Below are positions 1 through 8,689 of a stretch of DNA of 64,000 bases, one piece after another. Source of the stretch: Ignavibacteriales bacterium (GTDB taxonomy: Bacteria; Bacteroidota; Ignavibacteria; Ignavibacteriales; Ignavibacteriaceae). The notes beneath the pieces are model-generated. The model searched no databases, was not told where the DNA came from, and was given only the letters and a program-made list of their open reading frames with translations. The stretch is from assembly GCA_003538625.1 (NCBI GenBank), contig DPRR01000014.1, positions 24,945 through 88,944 of the forward strand, read 5' to 3'. The translations under genes and the position numbers were made by a program. The first letter of the stretch is position 1, and the number at the start of each line of letters is the position of its first letter.

Positions 1-704
1 TCAACTCTACATTCATCAGCGATTTTATGAGAATTTGAAATTGCTTCTGGAATTTTCCTAAACATCCTTTCTAATTCAGGTACAGTTTTAAAATAGAACT
101 CTTCATCAACTAATTCATCTTTAGAAAGTGAAGTAATGGTTTTGTTTAATCTTATCGCAGTAACCAGCCTGTGAAGTTCGAAATCATGTTTTTCTTCAAA
201 ATATATGGGGTTAGAACCAACAACGGGAATATTATTTTGCTTCGCATATTCAAACAAATGCAGAGCATCTTTTTTATTTGACGTCGTGGGAATTAATTCA
301 GCATAAATAGAATTTTTTGAATTTATCACTTTGAGTATTTGCAGGCTGGAAGAGATAAAGAAAAGATTTTTCCAATGTGTTTTTAAAATATTTATAAGAG
401 AAAAATCATCATTTAGTTTTCTTTGAGTAATTATTTTACATAAATCAGAATATCCGGTATTATTTTTGGCTAAGATAATTGTGTACAATTTGATATTTCC
501 GGGTTCATCAATATATGTCCCTAAAATAGGTTTGATACCAGCTTGAAGAGCTTTCGCGCTAAATTGAATCAATCCATACATGGCATTTGTATCCGTAACT
601 GCAGCAGCTGTAATTGAATTTTTTTTGCAAAGAGTTATAAGCTTTTCAATCTGTAATGTACTCTGCAGTAAGGAATAATTAGTATGTACGTGAAGTGGAA
701 TCAT
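1..704 (-). CDS. dnaE: DNA polymerase III alpha subunit, N-terminal PHP domain (5' part only; runs off the window)
   Basis: Not in the ORF track. Reverse translation from ATG at 704-702 gives MIPLHVHTNYSLLQSTLQIEKLITLCKKNSITAAAVTDTNAMYGLIQF..., the typical PHP-domain start of DnaE. The frame stays open to position 1. Confidence 0.8.
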   Translation of the reverse strand, partial: MIPLHVHTNYSLLQSTLQIEKLITLCKKNSITAAAVTDTNAMYGLIQFSAKALQAGIKPILGTYIDEPGNIKLYTIILAKNNTGYSDLCKIITQRKLNDDFSLINILKTHWKNLFFISSSLQILKVINSKNSIYAELIPTTSNKKDALHLFEYAKQNNIPVVGSNPIYFEEKHDFELHRLVTAIRLNKTITSLSKDELVDEEFYFKTVPELERMFRKIPEAISNSHKIADECRV

Positions 705-766
705 ATTTTTTTTAATAGCAAAATAAAGCGCAGGTTTCTAAAAAGAAATGGTGATTGAGATTGAGT

Positions 767-2053
767 TTACTGTATATACTTCAATGCTTTGTCTGAAATA
801 TCCTTTCTAAAATACATACCATCAAAACTAATTTTATTCAGTGCATCATAAGCTTTTTTCTTAGCTAACTGAAGATCAAATGTTTTGAGTACAGAAGTAA
901 TTCCTAATACTCTTCCACCATTTGTTACTATATTGTTTAAGTCCATTTTTGTACCCGCGTGATAAATTATTATTTGATCATCTTTATAATCTAATCCTTC
1001 GATAATTAATCCTTTATCGTATTCATCAGGATAACCTTTAGAAGCAGCAACCACGCAGACAGAACATCCGCCTGAATATCGAACAGCATTTAAATTAATA
1101 TTTCCGGAAGCTGCAGAATAAAGTAAACCAAGAAAATCTCCTTCCAAAACAGGAAGTACAACCTGAGTTTCCGGATCACCAAATCTGCAATTAAATTCAA
1201 TAACTTTTAGACCGGATTTCGTGATCATCAATCCTGCGTACAGACAACCAACAAATTTATTTCCGGTCTTTCTCATTTGTCTGATAACAGGTGCAATGAT
1301 TGTGTTTTCAATTTCATCAGATAATGCTTTTGAAACGATTGGAGCCGGAGCATAAGCTCCCATTCCTCCTGTATTTTTCCCTGTATCGCCATCTCCAATT
1401 CTTTTATGATCCTGTGCGGCAGGTAGGCAAACAAAATTTTCACCATCGGTAATAGCAAAAACTGATGCTTCTTCACCTTCCAAAAATTCTTCAATAATAA
1501 TTTCATTTCCTGAGGTACCAAATATTTTTTGCTCAAATATTTCTCTAATTGCCAGTTCGGCTTCAGTTATATTATTGCAAATTAAAACCCCTTTACCGGC
1601 AGCAAGTCCGTCAGCTTTAATTACGGTTGGATAATTGATTCCATTTAAATATTCTGATGCTTCATTAATTTGTGCAGATGAAAAGTTTTTATATTGTGCG
1701 GTGGGAACCCCAGCATCGTTCATAATTTTTTTTGCAAATGATTTGCTGGATTCAATTTGTGCAGCATTTGAAGATGGTCCGAAAACCGTAATACCTTCAA
1801 CTCTTAAACGATCGGCTAATCCATCAACTAATGGCTGCTCCGGTCCAATTACTACAAGGTCTATTTTATTACTGCGGCAAAATTCAATAATCGCATTGTG
1901 ATCTGATGGATTAATAGAAATGTTTGAGGCGATTAATTCTGTACCGGGATTTCCGGGAATACAATACAACAAACTTAAATTTTTGCTTTCAATTATTTTT
2001 AGCGCAATTGCATGTTCTCTGCCGCCGGAACCAATAATTGCAACATTCATCAA
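767..2053 (-). CDS. purD: Phosphoribosylamine-glycine ligase (GAR synthetase)
   Basis: 428 aa. N-terminus is MNVAIIGSGGREHA and there is an ATP-grasp core with FNCRFGDPETQ. Length and motif order are typical of PurD. Confidence 0.95.
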   Translation of the reverse strand: MMNVAIIGSGGREHAIALKIIESKNLSLLYCIPGNPGTELIASNISINPSDHNAIIEFCRSNKIDLVVIGPEQPLVDGLADRLRVEGITVFGPSSNAAQIESSKSFAKKIMNDAGVPTAQYKNFSSAQINEASEYLNGINYPTVIKADGLAAGKGVLICNNITEAELAIREIFEQKIFGTSGNEIIIEEFLEGEEASVFAITDGENFVCLPAAQDHKRIGDGDTGKNTGGMGAYAPAPIVSKALSDEIENTIIAPVIRQMRKTGNKFVGCLYAGLMITKSGLKVIEFNCRFGDPETQVVLPVLEGDFLGLLYSAASGNINLNAVRYSGGCSVCVVAASKGYPDEYDKGLIIEGLDYKDDQIIIYHAGTKMDLNNIVTNGGRVLGITSVLKTFDLQLAKKKAYDALNKISFDGMYFRKDISDKALKYIQ

Positions 2054-3336
2054 ACGTCTGCTCTCAGTTTAAGTTGAAATTGTTTTGTTAATAATTCAGT
2101 AAGATTATCTCTCCTGAATTTTTCCAAAACTTCGTCAGATGGGGTTGGAAGTTTATTATTCTTATAATCATTAAAAATTTTAAGGATCATATTTTTTATT
2201 TCTACAACGTTATCAGGTCCGCAAATATATCCGGCACCTGATTCTTCAACCGCCATTTTCGCAGCTCCTTCAGGTACACAAGCCAGAATTGGTTTCCGTG
2301 CTCCTATATATTCATAAACTTTACCCGGCAGGATTGCATCAATATTCCGTCTTCTTCCTACCATAAACCATAGCACATCTGCTGATTTTAATTTTGCAAT
2401 AGACTCATCATGATTTACATAACCATGATCTTTAACAAACTGCTGTAATTTTAGTTTGCGGATCAGTTTTTGATTTTCTTTTCTAAGGAATCCTACAAAA
2501 TGCAGCTCAATGTTTGACGCTATATCTGGTCGTTCAACGGTTAATTGTTTAAATGCTTTTAATAAATAAACCGGAGAATTGTACACCATAAATATTCCGG
2601 AGTACATTAATACCATTTTATTTTGTGGTTTTGGCTGTGCAGGAATTTTATCAAAATCTTTCTGATCATAACCATGAGAAATTATTACTACATCATCAAA
2701 AGTTAAAAAAGGATATGTATGTAAAAGCTTTTCTTTAATCTTTCTATTAGTAACTATTATTCTATCAGCAGCTCTTAAAGCATGGTATTCCTTATTCTTA
2801 TGAATGATCTTATGAAATGGCGTAGGGTAAAAGGCAAAATAACTTTTAAACCAAAGATCTCTATAATCTGCAAACAATGGCACATCGTGGTTCTTTTTGA
2901 TTTTTGAAATGGCATCAAAAGCTGAAAACGGAGGACAGGTTACAAAAATTGCATCAAACTTTTCTGAAGAAAGAATCTCATCAATTTTTTTTGCGGCAAG
3001 TTTAGACCAGGAAATTTTGTTATCAGGAATAAAAAATGTTTGACTTAACTTATCTAAAATGTTTCTTAAAAATTCACTGGGAAACTTAACAGTGCCCAGT
3101 CTGGAAAGAATCGAATTAGGCTCATTGCTTCCCGAAACTCTAATTATCCTTATATTAGAATCAGATAATTCTTTAGTGAGGGATTTATCGTGAGCAAAAT
3201 AAGCCACATTACCCGTGGTTATTACAGTCGGCTCCCAATTATAGTTTTTCATGTATTTGACAAACTTCAAAGTTCTTTGAACTCCGCTGAGACCTAAAGG
3301 AGGAAAATAATATGCAACTACAAGAACTTTAAACAT
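2050..3336 (-). CDS. Glycosyltransferase (GT-B fold, group 1/GT4-like)
   Basis: 428 aa. N-terminus KVLVVAYYFPPLGLSGVQR and a C-terminal nucleotide-sugar-binding-like region (GKVYEYIGARKPILA...EESGAG). Its stop overlaps the purD start by 4 nt (ATGA). Confidence 0.75.
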   Translation of the reverse strand: MFKVLVVAYYFPPLGLSGVQRTLKFVKYMKNYNWEPTVITTGNVAYFAHDKSLTKELSDSNIRIIRVSGSNEPNSILSRLGTVKFPSEFLRNILDKLSQTFFIPDNKISWSKLAAKKIDEILSSEKFDAIFVTCPPFSAFDAISKIKKNHDVPLFADYRDLWFKSYFAFYPTPFHKIIHKNKEYHALRAADRIIVTNRKIKEKLLHTYPFLTFDDVVIISHGYDQKDFDKIPAQPKPQNKMVLMYSGIFMVYNSPVYLLKAFKQLTVERPDIASNIELHFVGFLRKENQKLIRKLKLQQFVKDHGYVNHDESIAKLKSADVLWFMVGRRRNIDAILPGKVYEYIGARKPILACVPEGAAKMAVEESGAGYICGPDNVVEIKNMILKIFNDYKNNKLPTPSDEVLEKFRRDNLTELLTKQFQLKLRADV

Positions 3337-3350
3337 TATAAATACTTATC

Positions 3351-4823
3351 CTATTTATGACTTTGATAATTTGGTGATTCTTGCGTAAGTATTACATCGT
3401 GTGGATGACTTTCTTTCAATCCTGCAAGAGTAATTTGAATAAATTTACTTTTAGTTTTAAGTGCTTTTATACTAGCATTACCGGTGTAGCCCATTGAGGC
3501 TCTAAGCCCACCTACAAGCTGATAAACCGTATCTTCCAGCGGTCCTTTATACGGAACTCTTCCTTCAATACCCTCCGGTACAAGTTTTTTAATATCATCT
3601 TCTGCATCCTGAAAATATCTGTCTTTACTTCCTTTTTTCATCGCACTGAGTGAACCCATACCACGATATGATTTAAAACTTCTTCCTTCATACAGGATTT
3701 TATCACCGGGACTCTCGTCAACTCCTGCAAATAGTCCACCAATCATAACTGAATCTGCTCCGGCAGCAATTGCTTTAGGCACATCACCAGTTTGTTTTAT
3801 ACCACCATCTGCAATAAGTGGAATGCCAAATTTTTTACTTGCACGATAAGCCTGTGCAATTGCAGTAATTTGAGGAACTCCAACTCCAGCAATAACACGT
3901 GTTGTACAAATTGAACCGGGACCAATTCCAACTTTAATAGCATCAACTTTACAGTTTATTAAATCGAGTGCTGCTTCATAAGTTGCTATATTACCAACAA
4001 TTAACTGTATATACTTAAATTTTTTACGTATATCTTTGACAGCTTTTAACACGCCAAGTGAATGTCCATGAGCGGTATCAATTACAATTACATCAGCACC
4101 CGCATCAGTCAATGATTGAACTCGTTCAATTATATCATTTGTAACCCCAACCGCGGCTCCAACTCTTAATCTGCCTTGATCATCTTTGCAGGCATTAGGA
4201 TGCTTTTTCTTTTTAAGAATATCTTTAAATGTAATAAGTCCTCTTAGTTTTCCAGATTTATCAACAACAGGAAGTTTTTCAATCTTATATTTTTGTAATA
4301 GAACCTCGGCTTTTTCCAAAGTTGTACCCATTGGTGCCGTGATTAAATTTTCTTTGGTCATTAATTCAGAGACTTTTAATTTTTTATTTGGCTCAAATCT
4401 AAGATCACGGTTAGTAAGAATGCCAACCAGTTTATTATTTATATCAATTACCGGAATTCCTGAAACACGGTATTTTTTCATGATATCAAGTGCATCACCA
4501 ATGGTTTTATCAGAAGTTAATGTAATTGGATTCCTGATCATTCCGCTTTCAGATCTTTTAACTTTATCTACTTCATTACGCTGATCTTCAATGCTTAAAT
4601 TCTTATGTAATATACCAATACCGCCTTCTCTTGCAATTGCAATAGCCATGGCGGATTCCGTAACAGTATCCATTGCTGCAGATATAATGGGAATATTTAG
4701 TTTGATTTCGGGTGTAAGGTATGTCGTTATATCTACTTCACGGGGTAAGACGGAAGATTTTCCCGGAACTAATAAGATATCATCAAAAGTTAATCCTATT
4801 TCTAAAAATTTTTTATCTAACAT
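3351..4823 (-). CDS. guaB: IMP dehydrogenase
   Basis: 490 aa with a CBS-pair insert. Catalytic loop [11 protein letters not shown] and GGIKQTGD are present, and MGSLSAM lies near the C-terminus. Confidence 0.95.
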   Translation of the reverse strand: MLDKKFLEIGLTFDDILLVPGKSSVLPREVDITTYLTPEIKLNIPIISAAMDTVTESAMAIAIAREGGIGILHKNLSIEDQRNEVDKVKRSESGMIRNPITLTSDKTIGDALDIMKKYRVSGIPVIDINNKLVGILTNRDLRFEPNKKLKVSELMTKENLITAPMGTTLEKAEVLLQKYKIEKLPVVDKSGKLRGLITFKDILKKKKHPNACKDDQGRLRVGAAVGVTNDIIERVQSLTDAGADVIVIDTAHGHSLGVLKAVKDIRKKFKYIQLIVGNIATYEAALDLINCKVDAIKVGIGPGSICTTRVIAGVGVPQITAIAQAYRASKKFGIPLIADGGIKQTGDVPKAIAAGADSVMIGGLFAGVDESPGDKILYEGRSFKSYRGMGSLSAMKKGSKDRYFQDAEDDIKKLVPEGIEGRVPYKGPLEDTVYQLVGGLRASMGYTGNASIKALKTKSKFIQITLAGLKESHPHDVILTQESPNYQSHK

Positions 4824-4853
4824 ATTTTTCCTTCAGTATCAAAATATTAAATC

Positions 4854-6026
4854 TTAATTATCGAAAGCGGGCAAACCCGTAATATCTTCTCCAATTATCA
4901 GTGTATGCATTTCGTGCGTTCCTTCATAAGTTATCACCGATTCCAGATTAGCTGCATGTCTCATCACAGGGTACTCATCAAGAATTCCATTTGCTCCCAA
5001 AATTTGTCTTGACATTCGCGCAATATTCAATGCCATTTCACAGTTATTACGTTTTGCCAATGAGACCTGTGTAAATCTCAAATTTTCTTGATCCTTTAAT
5101 CTACCTAATTGTAGGTTCAATAATTGGGCTTTGGTAATTTCTGTAACCATATATACTAACTTACTTTGAGTTAATTGATATCCAGCGATAGGTCTGCTAA
5201 ATTGTTTTCTTGATTTTGCGTAATTCAAAGCTGAATCATAACAAGCCATCATTGAACCTACAACTCCCCAAGCAATTCCATACCTTGCTTGATTAAGACA
5301 CATCAGAGCATTTTTTAATCCATCAGTCTTTGGGAGCAAGTTTTTATCCGGCACAAATACGCCGTCAAATATAAGTTCGGAAGTAATGGAAGCACGCAAT
5401 GAATGTTTGCCTTTCATCTCAGGAGCCGTAAAGCCTTTCATCCCCTTTTCTACAAGAAATCCTCGCACAACTCCATCTAACTTAGCCCAAACAACTGCAA
5501 CATCTGCAATGGTACCATTTGTAATCCACATCTTGGCACCGTTAATTATATATCCTCCATCAACCTTTATTGCTTTAGTGATCATACCTCCCGGGTTCGA
5601 ACCAAAATCCGGTTCAGTTAAACCAAAGCAGCCAATCATCTCACCTTTTGCTAATAATGGCAGCCATTTGGCTTTTTGGTCGTCATCACCAAACGTAAAA
5701 ATGGGATACATTACTAATGCACTTTGAACTGAAGCAAAACTTCTTATTCCACTATCACCTCTTTCAAGTTCCTGCATAATCAAACCATATGCAACATTAT
5801 TTAACTCAGCACAATCGTACTTTGCTGGCAATGTTGGCCCAAACAAACCCATTTCTGCCATCTTAGAAATTAACTGATCTGGAAATTTAGAATCCCTATT
5901 GTATTCTTCTATAATTGGAATAACTTCTGCACTTACAAATTCTCGTACCGTATTCCTGATCATCAGTTCTTCATCTGATAGCAGTGAATCGATGTTAAAA
6001 TAGTCTACTCCTTGAAATTTGTTCAT
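4854..6026 (-). CDS. Acyl-CoA dehydrogenase family protein, glutaryl-CoA dehydrogenase-like
   Basis: 390 aa. ACAD motifs GLTEPDFGSNPGGM and ITYEGTHEMH. The N-terminal region resembles GCDH-type ACADs. Confidence 0.85.
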   Translation of the reverse strand: MNKFQGVDYFNIDSLLSDEELMIRNTVREFVSAEVIPIIEEYNRDSKFPDQLISKMAEMGLFGPTLPAKYDCAELNNVAYGLIMQELERGDSGIRSFASVQSALVMYPIFTFGDDDQKAKWLPLLAKGEMIGCFGLTEPDFGSNPGGMITKAIKVDGGYIINGAKMWITNGTIADVAVVWAKLDGVVRGFLVEKGMKGFTAPEMKGKHSLRASITSELIFDGVFVPDKNLLPKTDGLKNALMCLNQARYGIAWGVVGSMMACYDSALNYAKSRKQFSRPIAGYQLTQSKLVYMVTEITKAQLLNLQLGRLKDQENLRFTQVSLAKRNNCEMALNIARMSRQILGANGILDEYPVMRHAANLESVITYEGTHEMHTLIIGEDITGLPAFDN

Positions 6027-6189
6027 TAGTTCTTTCTAAAATTGAATGATTAAAATTATTAAAAGGCGAATAGAGATACAATTTTTCTTTTGATCAAATT
6101 GCCTCCTAATATAAAAAAATATTTAGTTTTTGATTAGAATATGAAGGTTAATGTAATTATATAAATAGACTAATAAGATATTTAATAAC

Positions 6190-6213
6190 AAAAAAGCTCC
6201 CGCTGCGGAAGCT
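6190..6213 (-). terminator. Rho-independent terminator downstream of tRNA-Ser
   Basis: Minus-strand AGCTTCC-GCAGC-GGGAGCT forms a 7-bp stem with one G-U pair, followed by TTTTTT. On the plus strand the same position would be a C-A mismatch, so the structure favours the minus-strand transcript. Confidence 0.6.
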
Positions 6214-6217
6214 TAAT

Positions 6218-6309
6218 TGGCGGAGAGGGCGAGATTCGAACTCGCGGTAGAGTTTAACCCCTACGACGGTTTAGCAAACCGTTGGTTTCAGCCACTCACC
6301 CACCTCTCC
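6218..6309 (-). tRNA. tRNA-Ser (anticodon GCU), class II with long variable arm, encoded CCA
   Basis: Minus-strand sequence is GGAGAGGTGGGTGAGTGGCTGAAACCAACGGTTTGCTAAACCGTCGTAGGGGTTAAACTCTACCGCGAGTTCGAATCTCGCCCTCTCCGCCA. Acceptor stem GGAGAGG/CCTCTCC, anticodon stem ACGGT/ACCGT with loop TTGCTAA, T-loop GTTCGAATC. Confidence 0.9.
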
Positions 6310-6817
6310 GGGTAAAAAGTTGTTTTTTGGGAGCTTAGTAAATAATCGTCTTTGCTTAGTATTATATTAAATCTAAAAAAATTATTACTCCCATCCCACA
6401 ATAAAAAAGGCAGTGCAAAGATAATATTTTAGCACAAATATAAAAACTCTTTGATGTGTTCTATCAGATTTGATACTGATCGAGATTACACATTATTATA
6501 ACTTTTTGTGACCGTTAAATCAATTAAAATGTGATTTTATGAAATTGTTGTAATCAGATAATTTGTGAACCCATTCATTTCGCTTTTGGAATACTTTTAC
6601 AATTTTTTTAAGTCACTATGATTCAATTTTGTCACTCAATTAAATTTCTAACTGTTCACGATTCAAAAAAATTCTTTTATTTTTATATCTGATAAATAGT
6701 GATCAGGAATAAAATCTAAAAATAATCAAAAGTTGTTACTATGTAGCGGTTACAAATAAATTACAAATATAGTTTTAACTCCTTTATCATTAACCATTAT
6801 TATAAGTTCCGGGAAAT

Positions 6818-7102
6818 TTAATTTAAGTTTCTCTCGGATAAGTATTTTAAAATATTTTCCTTTTCATCTGCTCTGAGTTTTGCCTTCTTTCCCATTTCAT
6901 TTAATATTTTTTCCCATTCATCTGGTGTGTGCAGTTCCCGATCATAGGCTTTATGGCACGAGGTACATTTGGAAATGTATAAAGATCTACCTGTAGATTG
7001 CTTAGTCGATTCGTCCGACGTTTGATTATTTGAACTGCCGCAAGCTGTAATAAAAACTAGTAATGAAGTTAAAAGAAAAATTGAAAATACTTTATCTATC
7101 AT
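6818..7102 (-). CDS. Small lipoprotein with a single CXXCH haem-binding motif (monohaem c-type cytochrome-like)
   Basis: 94 aa. Lipobox LVFITAC and motif KCTSCHKAY. Its start overlaps the stop of the upstream barrel gene by 4 nt. Confidence 0.5.
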   Translation of the reverse strand: MIDKVFSIFLLTSLLVFITACGSSNNQTSDESTKQSTGRSLYISKCTSCHKAYDRELHTPDEWEKILNEMGKKAKLRADEKENILKYLSERNLN

Positions 7103-7890
7103 AAATTAATTCCAAGAATCGTTCGAATCTCATAATTTTCATGACCATCCAAATCTAATCCGCTCTTTGTAGCAGGACTACCACCTATCTGTTTTAGAAA
7201 ATTTATAGTAAAATAAAGTTCCTCTGTCTGGATATTAAACGTAGGACCTAAAAATGTCGCCTGGTTTTTTTCAGATTCAAAAATGTCCCGATAATTTCTA
7301 TGATTTGTGAATTCGAGTCCTATTGCAATATTATGGGATAAATCATAAGCCACGCCTGCGGTCAGTTCAAAATTTGATTCGTGTTCATAGTCAATAACTT
7401 TTCTTTCAATTTCAGCATTAAGATTAATTACAGTTATAATGTCGCCTATTCTTTTTGACAGAATAATTTTTGGTTCATATTCGAGTTCAGCGCCACCGTA
7501 AGAAAACTCAAAGTACAAAGCCGGATCAATAAACAATTCACCAGGGTCACTCAGCCTGTATCTGAGCTCAAGTGAAGATGATGAAAACTCGAGTGGATTC
7601 GAATTAAAGCTATTCTCAGATGCAGTAACTTGATTAAAATTGAAATAAAAGGAAGTCGTAAGCCGATCGGTTGCACCGTACTCTAACTCAAAACGTGGCT
7701 GCATTCTATAATAGTAACCCTCAGTCTTTCCGATTCGCATAGTGTTCCAAACTTCGATCTCCATCGCTCTTTGAGGTAATGTATTTGCCAGATACGAACG
7801 AGTAAAGTATTTTCTATCTGCATAGTTATTTGTGCTTAGTACGAATAACATTAAAACGCTTGAAACAAAAAAAGTAATCCTGTTAGTCAT
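7099..7890 (-). CDS. Putative outer-membrane beta-barrel protein
   Basis: 263 aa with a signal peptide. It shows alternating amphipathic beta-strand pattern with aromatic girdle residues, and the C-terminus ends in aromatic/hydrophobic residues (TILGINL). No family was recognised. Confidence 0.45.
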   Translation of the reverse strand: MTNRITFFVSSVLMLFVLSTNNYADRKYFTRSYLANTLPQRAMEIEVWNTMRIGKTEGYYYRMQPRFELEYGATDRLTTSFYFNFNQVTASENSFNSNPLEFSSSSLELRYRLSDPGELFIDPALYFEFSYGGAELEYEPKIILSKRIGDIITVINLNAEIERKVIDYEHESNFELTAGVAYDLSHNIAIGLEFTNHRNYRDIFESEKNQATFLGPTFNIQTEELYFTINFLKQIGGSPATKSGLDLDGHENYEIRTILGINL

Positions 7891-7914
7891 TTTTTCTCCA
7901 TTAAATTGTAATTA

Positions 7915-7943
7915 TTTTTATTTAGATGTAATCTAAATAAAAA
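7915..7943. promoter_or_regulatory. Perfect 12-bp inverted repeat (candidate operator) upstream of the barrel/cytochrome operon
   Basis: TTTTTATTTAGA-tgtaa-TCTAAATAAAAA, about 25 nt upstream of the start codon at 7890. Confidence 0.3.
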
Positions 7944-8200
7944 TAAGGAAATGACAAAACCCTAAATATTTGAATTGAAACAGGATAATTTACTGCATTC
8001 TACTGCGCAGTGGATCATCGGGATGAATTGAAATTCGGAATTGAAATTATTTGTTAACGTAATTATGTTTCAAAGCACGGCTAAGAAATAATTAAAAATA
8101 ATTGTTTATAATTATTTAAAAGGTTCTTAAAATAAATAATAATAGTATTCATTTTAAAAGAAATATTTGATCGCTCTAAGTATGGTTGTAGGAAAGAAAC

Positions 8201-8515
8201 TTAATGTACGTCCCGCATTGGAAATATTGTATCCAATTTGACCTTAGATAAAATTTCTTTGACCTTGTTAGTCACACCAACCAACTCAAAGTTTGCGTTA
8301 CGATTAGTTGTAGTTGTAAATGCGTGCACAAGCATTCCAATAGCCCAGCTTGTCACATACTCTACATTAGATAGATCGATTACAATTGAATGAATTCCTT
8401 TGTCGAGAGTATTCAAAACATAATCCTGAAACTCAACACCTTCTGTACCTAAAAGTTGTTTCTTGTTGAATTTTATTAAAGTTGAATTTCCTTGATCGCT
8501 AGTGCTAATTTCCAT
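8201..8515 (-). CDS. STAS-domain anti-sigma-factor antagonist (SpoIIAA/RsbV-like)
   Basis: 104 aa. IDLSNVEYVTSWAIGML aligns to the DLSxVxxxDSxGLG motif with Ser retained at the phospho-site. It is the last gene of the co-directional array. Confidence 0.75.
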   Translation of the reverse strand: MEISTSDQGNSTLIKFNKKQLLGTEGVEFQDYVLNTLDKGIHSIVIDLSNVEYVTSWAIGMLVHAFTTTTNRNANFELVGVTNKVKEILSKVKLDTIFPMRDVH

Positions 8516-8689
8516 TTATTTAATCCTTAATAATTATTTTTAGTACTAATGTTATTTTCTGACCAGAAAATACTTCAGTAAAAATGAAAATCAAAGTGCA
8601 ATTATTATTATTCTCTAAACTAGTCCTAGTCTTCTATTTAAGGAATTAACCCGCAAATATTCAAAACTTGAAAAATAAATTTTTCTTTA

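Noticed and set aside
1273-1901. Track ORFs 1273..1536 (-) and 1635..1901 (+) nested inside purD
   Set aside because: They lie in alternative or antisense frames of a strongly supported housekeeping gene. Their composition is low-complexity and they have no motifs. They are typical shadow ORFs of AT-rich DNA.
4186-5727. Antisense ORFs 4186..4584, 4591..4857 and 5386..5727 opposite guaB and the ACAD gene
   Set aside because: They fall entirely within well-supported genes on the other strand, and their hydrophobic or low-complexity translations are characteristic of antisense reading. No independent start signals are present.
6027-8200. tRNA-Ser as an attachment site for an integrated island or prophage
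   Set aside because: No integrase, excisionase, phage or transposase genes lie on either side. I noticed no direct repeat of the tRNA 3' end. The flanks are housekeeping genes on one side and an ordinary operon on the other.
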